Source of the DNA: an uncultured bacterium
GTDB lineage: Bacteria > Zixibacteria > MSB-5A5 > GN15 > FEB-12
DNA: 64,000 nt
Assembly: GCA_963821635.1 (NCBI GenBank)
Contig: CAWGEP010000007.1
Location: forward strand, 47,087-111,086
Direction: 5' to 3'
The position numbers were made by a program, and so were the translations under genes. Under the pieces are notes generated by a model that did not search any database, was not told where the DNA came from, and worked only from the letters and a program-made list of their open reading frames with translations. Of the stretch, positions 9,751 through 18,794 are shown in pieces. Every line of letters starts with the position of its first letter. Within the stretch, counting starts at the first letter, position 1.

Positions 9751-11366
9751 CCGGCGCAGCGAACAATATCAACGATCTGCTCGGGATTGGCGCCGGCTCA
9801 AACGGCAACAGTTCCGGTAATAGTTCGACCCCTGATCCGGGGGATTCAACTTTTTCTGCCTTGCTGAGTATGTTGTCCGGGCTCGGCCTCAACACCCTCA
9901 GTCCGTCCAGCCCGACCTCGAAAGTGGCGGATCCCATACGTATGCTGCCTACAATCCCCGGACTCATGGCTCCGATCAACTTGAATTTCAATATCAACCC
10001 GGCGATGCCTTCTAGTAGTCAAGCCGATCTCGACAAGGACAGCGGCCCAGAGCCGCAATCTGCCGCTCCCGCGCCAATTTCACTAGTTGGTTTGAGTTCC
10101 AAGACATTATCGCAGCTCGCCGCGGCCCAATTGCCTCAGACGACAGTTACGAGCCAACTGCCCAAAGGGAATTACAACATCATTTCGGCTGCTATCGTAG
10201 GGGACAAGCTTGACCTTCACCTTGCCAGCAAAGACAATCCGAAGGCTGAACTTCATGTGACCTTGCCGGCCGATTTGGTCAATAGCTCGGTTACGCCGAC
10301 TACGGTTGCCGACCCAAGTCTGTACCTGGCTCCCAAGAGTCTGGCAGCTCCGTCGACCTCGCTTGAAAGCCACGGCGCGCCCCGACAGAATCTGGCCGAC
10401 CTCATCGCCCAACTGAATATTACGGAAGTCTCGATTGAAAAGACGCCGGCTATTGTGACCGGCTCTCAACAGGCGGGGACCACGGTCAAGTTCCTGAATG
10501 CCGCCAATCCGGCGGCGCCGGCCCTGGTTGCGGTAGTACCGGCCGCACAACTAAAGGCGTTCACAAACCCGCAGGCCAAACCGGCGGAACCCTCAGCGAC
10601 TGATCTGTCGGACTCCGACTCGAACGCGTCATCTCAAAGATCAGAGACCAAGCCTTCGATCCTGGCCAATACCGGGATCCAGAATAATGCGTCCAAGTCC
10701 ACGCCGCCGGTTCAGCCAACTATTGAACAGGACCCGCAGCCTCTTTTCCGAACCGCAGCGGTTCGAATCAGCAGCAAGGTCATGACCCAGGACTCGCCGC
10801 TGATTCAGAAGCTTCTGAATGACTCGGATGCTGCCGAGATCAGTCCCTTCAAGCTGGATCTCTCGGGTGATTCGCTCAAGGCGCTCAACATGATTCGCCC
10901 GACAACTTCCAATGCCCCGGCGCTCGATCAGCCGGCTGTCAGAATCAGCCTACCGCAGAATCTCTCCGGCCTATTGGACAACCCCGGCCGGTCGATCAAT
11001 ATCAAACTGGAACCTGACTATCTTGGCCCGGCTCGTCTGACCCTCTCCATGCGCGGCGAGTCACTCTCCGCAAAATTGACGGTCGACACACCCCAGGCCA
11101 AAGCGGCGGTCGAAAACTCGATCACCCAACTGACCGATCAACTGGCCAGGGTGGGGATTAAGGTCGACCACTTCGATGTCAGCATGCGCGGCGGCGGCGC
11201 CGACAGCCAGGCTTTCCATCGCCCGCAGGACTGGTTCACGCCTCAGCGAGCGCGCGTCACGCAGCGTGAAGACGATCCGTTTATCGAGCACAGTATGAAA
11301 ATTGAAACTACCAATCTGCCTCCGGCCACTTATCTGAGCCGGCGCAGTGTCAACCTTTACGCCTAG
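9747..11366 (+). CDS. fliK: Flagellar hook-length control protein
   Basis: Pro/Ser-rich N-terminal part; C-terminal INIKLEPDYLGPARLTL..QLTDQLARVGI T3S4 domain; upstream of flgD. Confidence 0.85.
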   Translation: MTGAANNINDLLGIGAGSNGNSSGNSSTPDPGDSTFSALLSMLSGLGLNTLSPSSPTSKVADPIRMLPTIPGLMAPINLNFNINPAMPSSSQADLDKDSGPEPQSAAPAPISLVGLSSKTLSQLAAAQLPQTTVTSQLPKGNYNIISAAIVGDKLDLHLASKDNPKAELHVTLPADLVNSSVTPTTVADPSLYLAPKSLAAPSTSLESHGAPRQNLADLIAQLNITEVSIEKTPAIVTGSQQAGTTVKFLNAANPAAPALVAVVPAAQLKAFTNPQAKPAEPSATDLSDSDSNASSQRSETKPSILANTGIQNNASKSTPPVQPTIEQDPQPLFRTAAVRISSKVMTQDSPLIQKLLNDSDAAEISPFKLDLSGDSLKALNMIRPTTSNAPALDQPAVRISLPQNLSGLLDNPGRSINIKLEPDYLGPARLTLSMRGESLSAKLTVDTPQAKAAVENSITQLTDQLARVGIKVDHFDVSMRGGGADSQAFHRPQDWFTPQRARVTQREDDPFIEHSMKIETTNLPPATYLSRRSVNLYA

Positions 11367-11377
11367 GAGCGCAAACT

Positions 11378-12055
11378 ATGTCATTCATTTCACCAGTCGC
11401 ATCCGATGCCAGCGGCCAGCCCAAGGCTACCGGCAGTCAGCAATCGCTGGGCAAAGATGACTTTTTGAAGCTGCTCGTCACCAAGCTGCAGAACCAGGAT
11501 CCGATGCAGCCGTCCGACGATTCTGCGTTTGTGGCCGAGCTGGCCCAATTCTCATCGCTCGAGCAGATGCAGAACATTTCCGACGGGATCACCACGGCCA
11601 ACAAATGGAGCCAGATGTCGATGCAGTCGATCAACAACTCCATGGCCTCCGGCCTGATCGGTAAGCAGGTTAACGCTGACTTCAGCGGCATTTACGTCGA
11701 AGACGGCAAGAAACCTTCGATTTCATTTACGACCGACCGCCCGGCGAGCTCGATCACGTTCACCGTGAAGGATTCGGCCGGAAATGACGTAACGACTTTT
11801 ACCCAGAATAACGTCGCGGTCGGACCGAACACGGCGGCGTGGGATGCCACCGACGCTCGCGGCAACCGCGTACCTGCCGGTTTCTACACCATCACCGCCA
11901 AAGGGACCGCGACCGATGGTACGTCCTTTACGCCTTCGATGTCCGTTACCGGCGTCGTCGACTCAGTCGTTTATCGCGACGGAGCCGCCTATGTCAGCGT
12001 GAATGGAATGGAAATCGCGCTGGGCGACATTAACGAAATTATGACGCCCAAATGA
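11378..12055 (+). CDS. flgD: Flagellar hook capping protein
   Basis: LGKDDFLKLLVTKLQNQDPMQP..FVAELAQFSSLEQMQN; WDATDARGNRVPAGFY. Confidence 0.95.
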   Translation: MSFISPVASDASGQPKATGSQQSLGKDDFLKLLVTKLQNQDPMQPSDDSAFVAELAQFSSLEQMQNISDGITTANKWSQMSMQSINNSMASGLIGKQVNADFSGIYVEDGKKPSISFTTDRPASSITFTVKDSAGNDVTTFTQNNVAVGPNTAAWDATDARGNRVPAGFYTITAKGTATDGTSFTPSMSVTGVVDSVVYRDGAAYVSVNGMEIALGDINEIMTPK

Positions 12056-12073
12056 CCTGTTGAGGCACGAGTC

Positions 12074-12469
12074 ATGAGTCAGGGAACGCGCATAACAGCT
12101 TACCAGCGGCCGGTCAATTTGCTGGAGATCTCCCAGCGGGGAAGCGTCTCACCGCAGCCACCGGCTCAAGGAGGCACTTTCAAGGACATCATGTCCCAGC
12201 AGCTGGGGAGTTCCAGGCCGGTACAGATGTCCAAGCATGCTTCGGAGCGGCTGCATTCACGCGGCCTCAACATCACCGACCAGCGGATGCAGCAGGTCGG
12301 AGATGCTCTGGACAAGGCTGAAGGGAAGGGCTCGCGCGAGACTCTGATTCTTTTCGATGACATGGCTTTGGTCGCCTCGGTCAAGAATCGCACCATCATC
12401 ACCGCGTTTGACCGTGACAAACTCCGCGAGGGAGTCGTCACGTCGATCGATTCGGCGGTCATCCTATGA
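12074..12469 (+). CDS. Flagellar operon protein (TIGR02530 family)
   Basis: MSKHASERLHSRG..KAEGKGSRETLIL..ALVASVKNRTIITA..VVTSIDSAVI; located between flgD and flgE. Confidence 0.85.
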   Translation: MSQGTRITAYQRPVNLLEISQRGSVSPQPPAQGGTFKDIMSQQLGSSRPVQMSKHASERLHSRGLNITDQRMQQVGDALDKAEGKGSRETLILFDDMALVASVKNRTIITAFDRDKLREGVVTSIDSAVIL

Positions 12470-12502
12470 ACAAACAGAACATAAAGACAGATAAACAACA
12501 CT

Positions 12503-12560
12503 CAGGGCTGGACCCCATTCTAAATGGGGAGGCCTTGCGAATCCGCAAGGAGGATTGCAA
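12503..12560 (+). promoter_or_regulatory. Structured cis-regulatory RNA candidate in the flgE leader
   Basis: CAGGGC-UGGA-CCCCAUU-CUA-AAUGGGG-AG-GCCUUG hairpin overlapping a second hairpin CCUUGCG/CGCAAGG that covers part of the SD. Confidence 0.5.
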
Positions 12561-12563
12561 ACC

Positions 12564-14573
12564 ATGATGGCATCACTGTACGCCGGGGTATCCGGACTGA
12601 AGAACCATCAGACGATGATGAACGTCATTGGCGACAACATCGCTAATGTGAACACGATCGGCTTCAAGCCGGGGCGTGTGAATTTCCAGGAAGCTTTGGT
12701 GCAGACTTTTAAGGGAGCCGGGCGTCCCAGCTCCATTTCAGGCGGCACCAACCCCCTGCAGCTCGGCTTGGGTATGCAGGTCTCGACCATCGACAACCTG
12801 TTCCTGCAGGGCGGGCTGGAGACCACCGGCCAGATCACCGATTTGGCGCTCCAGGGAAGCGGCTTCTTTATCCTCGGAGATGACAACGGTAATAAGTTTT
12901 ACACGAGAGCCGGAGCTTTCGGCATCGATGCCGGCTCCAATCTGGTCGACCCGGCCACCGGGCTGTTCGTCCAGGGGAAGATGGCGGACCAGAACGGCGT
13001 CATCCCGTCACTTGCCACGACCGGGAAAATTACTCTGCCGTTCGGACAGCAGACCCCGGCGCATGCTACCCAGCAGATTACGATCTCGAATAACATTGAC
13101 TCTTCGGCGACCAACTCCAACGCTTCGCTGACCCAGGCCGGCAACTCCGGCGTCCAGACGGTCAGCGGCAAGGCCACCGATGGTGTCGGTGGAACACATT
13201 CCATTGTCATCACGGGAGCCCAGGCGGCGAACGCTTCATATACCGGCGCCAACCTCGGCAACAACGGCTCAGGTGGTCTGATCGGAAACCTTGGTCTCAA
13301 CATGACCCTGGGAAGTCTGGGGATTACTGACTTCACCAACTACGGATTCAGCGTCGACGGAAAGCCGATGCAGATTATCAGCGGTCTTAACTCGACCTCA
13401 ACTGTCAGCGACCTCATCAATGCCACCAACCAGATCGACGGGATCCAGATGGCGTTAGTGGGGGGTCAGCTCCAGATCACGCGCACGAAAGCCGGAGCCA
13501 ATTCGGACTTCAGCTTTACGTCGACCACTGGCGCCGTGACTCAGGTCCCCGGACCGGGAGTCAATACCGGCGGCGCTGCCAGCGGCAACATTGTCGGTGT
13601 GCTGCTCGGAGTCAACAACGCGACCGTCACGTCAGCCGGCGGCGCGGCCTCGACTTTTGTCGCGACCGATACGTTCACGCCCGATCGCGGTATCGGCGCG
13701 GCGGCCGGCCCGGTCATCTCGACTCTGGCCCTGACCTATGACGATGTTTCCGGCAAGGTCACCGGTTTGAGCGGTCTTGGCGGCGGCGGTGTTGATATCG
13801 AATCAGGCGCAGCCGGCATTTCGGCTACGGCCGGTTCCCCTCTGTTGATCAAGACCGACCCGACACTCTATGCCACGTCAATTAACGTTTATGATTCTCT
13901 CGGCGACAAACACACCCTGTCGGTGGAGTTCTTCAAATCGACCGTCAAGAACCGTTGGGAATGGAAAGCCTCTACTCTAAACGGTGAAGGAATCACCGCC
14001 GGCCAGACCGGTTATGTCTCCTTCAACCCGGACGGCTCTCTGAACACATTCTCATATTTTGGCGGCGCCTCGGCCATCAACATCAGCCCGAACAACGGCG
14101 CTGAAAATATGCAGATCGCCATCAAGGCGGGCACGCCCGGTAACTATGACGGACTCACTGGCTTTGCCTCCGGCACCAGCACGGCATCGATTATCGGCCA
14201 GGACGGCTATGGCCTGGGAATTCTCTCCAAGATCTCCATTGACCAGGCCGGCAACATTTCGGGCGTCTTCTCCAACGGCGTCACCCGAGTGCTGGCCCAG
14301 ATCATGCTGGCCGACTTCAACAACCAGGGCGGCTTGAACAAGGCCGGCCGCTCGATGTATTCGCCGTCCGCCAACTCGGGCGAAGCGGTCGAAGGAGTCG
14401 CCGGTTCTACGATCTCCAGCCAGATCACTTCAGGGGCGCTGGAATCGTCCGCCGTTGATATTGCCCAGGAATTTACCAGTATGATAACTGCCCAGCGCGG
14501 GTTCCAGGCCAACGCCCGGATCATTACCACGTCGGACAGCATGCTCAACGATCTGGTGAATTTGAAACAATAG
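12564..14573 (+). CDS. flgE: Flagellar hook protein FlgE (long form, ~669 aa)
   Basis: SLYAGVSGLKNHQ..IGDNIANVNTIGFK, YTRAGAF, INVYDSLGDKH, ITAQRGFQANARIITTSD; SD AAGGAGG at 12547-12553. Confidence 0.95.
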   Translation: MMASLYAGVSGLKNHQTMMNVIGDNIANVNTIGFKPGRVNFQEALVQTFKGAGRPSSISGGTNPLQLGLGMQVSTIDNLFLQGGLETTGQITDLALQGSGFFILGDDNGNKFYTRAGAFGIDAGSNLVDPATGLFVQGKMADQNGVIPSLATTGKITLPFGQQTPAHATQQITISNNIDSSATNSNASLTQAGNSGVQTVSGKATDGVGGTHSIVITGAQAANASYTGANLGNNGSGGLIGNLGLNMTLGSLGITDFTNYGFSVDGKPMQIISGLNSTSTVSDLINATNQIDGIQMALVGGQLQITRTKAGANSDFSFTSTTGAVTQVPGPGVNTGGAASGNIVGVLLGVNNATVTSAGGAASTFVATDTFTPDRGIGAAAGPVISTLALTYDDVSGKVTGLSGLGGGGVDIESGAAGISATAGSPLLIKTDPTLYATSINVYDSLGDKHTLSVEFFKSTVKNRWEWKASTLNGEGITAGQTGYVSFNPDGSLNTFSYFGGASAINISPNNGAENMQIAIKAGTPGNYDGLTGFASGTSTASIIGQDGYGLGILSKISIDQAGNISGVFSNGVTRVLAQIMLADFNNQGGLNKAGRSMYSPSANSGEAVEGVAGSTISSQITSGALESSAVDIAQEFTSMITAQRGFQANARIITTSDSMLNDLVNLKQ

Positions 14574-14580
14574 GTGATTA

Positions 14581-14805
14581 GTGATTAAGGTGACTCGAAT
14601 CAATGACTCGGTCCTCGTTATCAACTCGGAACTTATCGAGTTCGTCGAGGCGATTCCCGACACCATCATCTCCCTGACCACGGGGAAGAAGATTATGGTG
14701 CGGGAGACGATTGACCAGGTCATCGAGCGAGTCGCAGCATTCAAACGAATGTCGGTGGTCCGGGTCCAAACCCCGGACCCCGACCATGTAGCCAAGGAAG
14801 GTTGA
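14581..14805 (+). CDS. flbD: Flagellar FlbD family protein
   Basis: MIKVTRIN..VINSELIEFVEAIPDTIISLTTGKKIMVRE. Confidence 0.9.
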   Translation: MIKVTRINDSVLVINSELIEFVEAIPDTIISLTTGKKIMVRETIDQVIERVAAFKRMSVVRVQTPDPDHVAKEG

Positions 14806-14806
14806 C

Positions 14807-15385
14807 ATGGCGGCTGAAGAAGACAAGACAGTAGTGGCTGCCCCCGATGCGGCGGCGGCAAATCCTCCGAAAAGCAGGAAGAAACTGTTCCTGTTTGGCG
14901 GAATCGGCCTCGGCGTGGTCATCCTCGGTGTGGCCCTGGCCATGTTTGTGGTCGGTCCGATGATGTCCAAGTCATCCGACGGGACCGGCTCGGAAAGCTC
15001 GACTCCGGCCGACAAGGGAGGCAAGAAGACCGAAGCGGAGTCCAAGCCCAAACCCAAAAAGTCCGAAGGTAAAGGGAGCGGAAACTCCGTGGTGTACGCC
15101 ATCAAGGATATCGTCGTGAATCCCGCCGGCACCTCGGGCTCCCGATTTTTGTCCGTTTCGTTCGGTTTTGAGCTTCTGTCCCAGACGGATGCGACCGAAT
15201 TCGAGAGTCACGAGCCGCTCGTGCGCGATGTCCTGATCACGATCTTGTCATCGAAGACCATGGCCGAACTGACTGATGCCAAGGAAAAAGAAATTATGCG
15301 CGTGCAGATCAAGAAACGTCTGCAGCAGTTGCTGAATTCGGAAGAACCGAACGCTGTGTTTTACACTGACTTTGTATTGCAATAG
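14807..15385 (+). CDS. fliL: Flagellar basal-body protein FliL
   Basis: N-terminal TM; IVVNPAG..RFL..VRDVLITILSSKT..VFYTDFVLQ. Confidence 0.92.
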   Translation: MAAEEDKTVVAAPDAAAANPPKSRKKLFLFGGIGLGVVILGVALAMFVVGPMMSKSSDGTGSESSTPADKGGKKTEAESKPKPKKSEGKGSGNSVVYAIKDIVVNPAGTSGSRFLSVSFGFELLSQTDATEFESHEPLVRDVLITILSSKTMAELTDAKEKEIMRVQIKKRLQQLLNSEEPNAVFYTDFVLQ

Positions 15386-15396
15386 CAGGGATAACC

Positions 15397-16389
15397 GTGG
15401 CCAAGATACTCTCACAAGACGAAATTGATGCCCTGTTGACCACCGTGTCGGCAGGGGACGCCGCCGGGGAAGACGGCTACGAGGATGCCAAACTTCGCTC
15501 CATCGTCGCCTATGACTTCAAGCATCCGAACCGGGTGTCCAAGGACCAGATCCGGACTCTTGAAAACATGCACGACAACTTTGCCGGGCACTTCGGCTCA
15601 ACCCTTTCGGCAGTGCTGCGGACGATTACCGATGTCGACTTGGTCTCGGTTGACCAGATCACGTATTCGGAATTCATCATGTCCCTGGTGTCGCCGTCCT
15701 GCACCTACACGTTCTCGGCCCATCCGCTGGAAGCGGTCTGCCTGGTCGATTTCAATCCCACTCTAACCTTCTCGCTGATCGACCGCATGTTTGGCGGGCA
15801 CGGCAAAATTCTAGAGACGGAGCGGGAACTGACCGGCATTGAACGCTCCGTAATGGGGCGACTGGTCGAACGGCTCTACGGCGAACTGCAGAAATCGTGG
15901 GAACATATCGTCAAAGTGGAGATCGAGCAGATCAGCTTTGAAACCAACCCGCAGTTTATCCAGATCGTGCCGCCGGGAGAAACGGTGGTCGTGATCTCGT
16001 TTCAAGTAAAGCTGTTCCAGTCGACCGGACTGTTGACCATGTGCTATCCGTATGTGGCGCTGGAGCCGATCATCACCAAACTATCCGCACAGAACTGGAT
16101 CGATGCCACCAAGCGCAAGAACATCGATGCCGAGCGGAAGGTCAATCTCTCCAATCTGAATCGCATCAGCGGCGATCTGTCGGCTGTGCTGCTCCGGACC
16201 AACGTCAGGATGCGGGACTTCATGCAGCTCAAAGTCGGCGACATCATCCCTTCCGAATCAAAGATTCAACTCCCGATAGAGATTTGCGTCAATCGCCGCA
16301 AAAAATATACGGCTCGTCCCGGGCTTTTGGGAAAGAAACGGGCCTTCCAGGTACTCGCAGTTCATGACAGGACGTCCAAGGAGAACTAA
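15397..16389 (+). CDS. fliM: Flagellar motor switch protein FliM
   Basis: ILSQDEIDALL CheY-binding peptide, YDFKHPNRVSKDQIRTL, ETNPQFIQIVPP. Confidence 0.97.
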   Translation: MAKILSQDEIDALLTTVSAGDAAGEDGYEDAKLRSIVAYDFKHPNRVSKDQIRTLENMHDNFAGHFGSTLSAVLRTITDVDLVSVDQITYSEFIMSLVSPSCTYTFSAHPLEAVCLVDFNPTLTFSLIDRMFGGHGKILETERELTGIERSVMGRLVERLYGELQKSWEHIVKVEIEQISFETNPQFIQIVPPGETVVVISFQVKLFQSTGLLTMCYPYVALEPIITKLSAQNWIDATKRKNIDAERKVNLSNLNRISGDLSAVLLRTNVRMRDFMQLKVGDIIPSESKIQLPIEICVNRRKKYTARPGLLGKKRAFQVLAVHDRTSKEN

Positions 16390-16391
16390 CC

Positions 16392-16901
16392 ATGGCAGAC
16401 GAAAAAGAAATAGATCCGGCACAGCCGGAGGAAATTGAGGCCGCCGCCAAGCCGGTCGGGGTGGTCAATCCAAGTGATGCCTCGGAAGAAGACGCCGAAG
16501 CCGCCATGCTCAAAATGCTGGAAGGTTTGCCGCAGGAAGAGCGGTCCGCCTCCGCCGAAGACATCAACTTTGGCTCGGCCTCGGCCTCCAAAGCGGAATT
16601 CCAGCAGCTGTCGCAGCAGGCCGGCAGCGGAGCTCCTCGGAATATCGATTTGCTCATGGATGTGGACCTGCCGGTAGCAATCGAACTAGGCCGCACCAAA
16701 ATGGCCATCCAGGAGATTCTCTCGCTCGGCCCCGGATCAGTAGTCGAATTAAACAAGCTGGCCGGCGAACCGGTCGATCTGCTGGTGAACAGCAAGGTCG
16801 TGGCCAAAGGGGAAGTCGTCGTGATCGACGAGAACTTCGGTCTTCGCATTACCCAGCTGGTCACGCCCGAAGAAAGGCTCAAGGCTCTTGGTGAAGACTG
16901 A
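16392..16901 (+). CDS. fliN: Flagellar motor switch protein FliN
   Basis: NIDLLMDVDLPVAIELGRTKM..LNKLAGEPVD..AKGEVVVIDENFGLRIT. Confidence 0.96.
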   Translation: MADEKEIDPAQPEEIEAAAKPVGVVNPSDASEEDAEAAMLKMLEGLPQEERSASAEDINFGSASASKAEFQQLSQQAGSGAPRNIDLLMDVDLPVAIELGRTKMAIQEILSLGPGSVVELNKLAGEPVDLLVNSKVVAKGEVVVIDENFGLRITQLVTPEERLKALGED

Positions 16902-17475
16902 TCCCGGCAAACGCCGTCAAATCATAACCGTCCTCATAATTCTCTCGGTGGCGTTTCTAGGATTTGTCCTGGTGACGCTCAAGCAGGGAGGGGAGCACCA
17001 CAGCTTGTACGCTAGCCCAATGGCGACGGCCGCGGTCGGTGACTCGCTCAGTGCGGCAGCTCAGCCGGCTCCCGGAGACCCGGTCGGCAGCGGCGTGGCC
17101 GCCATTTCAATTTTCAAAATGATCCTGGCGCTCGCAGTTGTAATTATCGCGATCTACGGCGGGATATACTTGCTCAAGAGACTCACCAGCCGCAAACACT
17201 CGAGCCGCTCGGGAACGAGTCTGCTGGAAGTTCTTGAGACTGCCTACATCGACCCAAAGAAATCGCTGTCTTTGGTTCGAGTTGCCAACAAGTCCGTCCT
17301 TATAGGCGTGACCGACAACCAGATATCGGTGCTGACCGAACTGGATCCTCAGCTTACGACTACCGCTCTCGAGAGCGCCGCGCACAAGGCGCAGACCGAG
17401 AGTTTTGGCCAGTTGCTGAGATCAGCTTCAAGCAAGCTGAACGTATTTGGATTGAAAAAAGACATACAGCCATAA
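16888..17475 (+). CDS. fliO: Flagellar biosynthesis protein FliO
   Basis: TM followed by LEVLETAYIDPKKSLSLVRVANKSVLIGVTDNQISVLTEL; between fliN and fliP. Confidence 0.85.
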   Translation: MVKTDPGKRRQIITVLIILSVAFLGFVLVTLKQGGEHHSLYASPMATAAVGDSLSAAAQPAPGDPVGSGVAAISIFKMILALAVVIIAIYGGIYLLKRLTSRKHSSRSGTSLLEVLETAYIDPKKSLSLVRVANKSVLIGVTDNQISVLTELDPQLTTTALESAAHKAQTESFGQLLRSASSKLNVFGLKKDIQP

Positions 17476-17519
17476 CGGCTGTGCTTTAACCGGCTGCACG
17501 GATTTTGCGGTCGAGGTTA

Positions 17520-17541
17520 CTCGTGACATGGATGTTGCGAG
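17520..17541 (+). promoter_or_regulatory. Candidate CsrA/RsmA binding hairpin in the fliP leader
   Basis: CTCGTGACA-TGGA-TGTTGCGAG stem-loop containing ACANGGATGT. Confidence 0.45.
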
Positions 17542-17560
17542 CTGAAACGAGATATAGGAA

Positions 17561-18313
17561 ATGTCGAAAAAAGCTGTTCTTCTGTTGCTGGTGGCGGCGT
17601 TCGCCCTCTTGATTGCGGGGGATGCTTCCGCACAAGCAGTGCCCAAGCTCTCTATTGAGGTCGGCAAAGCCACCAAACCCGGTGATTTGTCAGCCACTCT
17701 CCAGATTGTCATCCTACTGACCGTCCTGGCGCTGGCCCCTTCCATCCTGATCATGACCACCGCCTTCATCCGCATCGCGGTCGTGCTTTCGTTCCTCCGT
17801 CACGCCATCGGTACGACCCAAATGCCGCCGAATCAATTGTTGATCGGCCTGGCCCTGATCTTGACCATGTTTATTATGTCCCCGGTCTTCACGACCTCGT
17901 ACTCGGAAGGGATCAAGCCGTATCTCGACGAGAAGATCACCAAAGAGGAAGCCTTCACCAAAGGGGTGGCTCCGTTCCGAAAATTCATGCTGGCACAGAC
18001 GCGGGAAGAAGACCTTTCGTTGTTCGTCAATATGTCAAAAATGCCGGCGCCGAAGAATTCCGATGACATTCCCCTTCAGGTGCTGGTCCCTGGTTTTGTC
18101 ATCTCCGAACTCCGGACCGCCTTTCAGATCGCCTTCGTGATCTTCATCCCGTTTCTCGTAATCGACATGGTGGTCGCCTCGGTCTTGATGTCGATGGGTA
18201 TGATGATGCTTCCTCCCAGCATTGTCTCTTTGCCGTTCAAGCTCCTCTTGTTTGTGCTGGTGGATGGCTGGTATCTGCTGGTGAAATCACTGGTCGAATC
18301 GTTCCACATGTAA
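17561..18313 (+). CDS. fliP: Flagellar export gate protein FliP
   Basis: LTVLALAPSILIMTTAFIRI, PPNQLLIGLAL, SELRTAFQI, GMMMLPP..LPFKLLLFVLVDGW. Confidence 0.97.
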   Translation: MSKKAVLLLLVAAFALLIAGDASAQAVPKLSIEVGKATKPGDLSATLQIVILLTVLALAPSILIMTTAFIRIAVVLSFLRHAIGTTQMPPNQLLIGLALILTMFIMSPVFTTSYSEGIKPYLDEKITKEEAFTKGVAPFRKFMLAQTREEDLSLFVNMSKMPAPKNSDDIPLQVLVPGFVISELRTAFQIAFVIFIPFLVIDMVVASVLMSMGMMMLPPSIVSLPFKLLLFVLVDGWYLLVKSLVESFHM

Positions 18314-18324
18314 GGAAATTGTCT

Positions 18325-18594
18325 ATGACTCCCCAGATGGTAGTAAGTATCGGACGCGAGGCGCTCATGGTCACGCTCATGATCGCCGCCCCTATGTTGA
18401 TCCTCGGATTGATCGTCGGTCTGGTCATTTCCATTTTTCAGGCGGTGACCCAGATCAACGAAATGACCCTGACGATCGTCCCCAAAATCCTCGCAGTGGG
18501 TCTGGCCCTGCTGCTTTTCCTCCCCTGGATGATCAACATGATGACCGATTTTACGCGCCATATGTTCGCCCTTATTCCGACTCTGGTAGGGTAG
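18325..18594 (+). CDS. fliQ: Flagellar export gate protein FliQ
   Basis: GLVISIFQAVTQINEMTLTIVPKI..PWM. Confidence 0.96.
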   Translation: MTPQMVVSIGREALMVTLMIAAPMLILGLIVGLVISIFQAVTQINEMTLTIVPKILAVGLALLLFLPWMINMMTDFTRHMFALIPTLVG

Positions 18595-18741
18595 AGGCCA
18601 TGAAATTCCCTTTGAACCTTTTTCCCACAGAGTTGGTAGATCTTTCCGCCAAAAGTGATCCGTTCGGAATCTCCAGTCCATTTTAGCCCCGCAACCCATT
18701 CCTATTTAACAACTTACAACATCTTTTCGCCCTGTTTCACA

Positions 18742-18758
18742 TTGGCACAGGGTTTGAA
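18742..18758 (+). promoter_or_regulatory. Sigma54-like promoter before fliR (-12 GA variant)
   Basis: TTGGCAC-AGGGT-TTGAA (GG-N10-GA) in a 200-nt intergenic gap; imperfect IHF-like ATTTAACAACTTA upstream. Confidence 0.5.
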
Positions 18759-18794
18759 ATAGATCAAGGTCGATTAACCCGTAGTCTAGGAATT

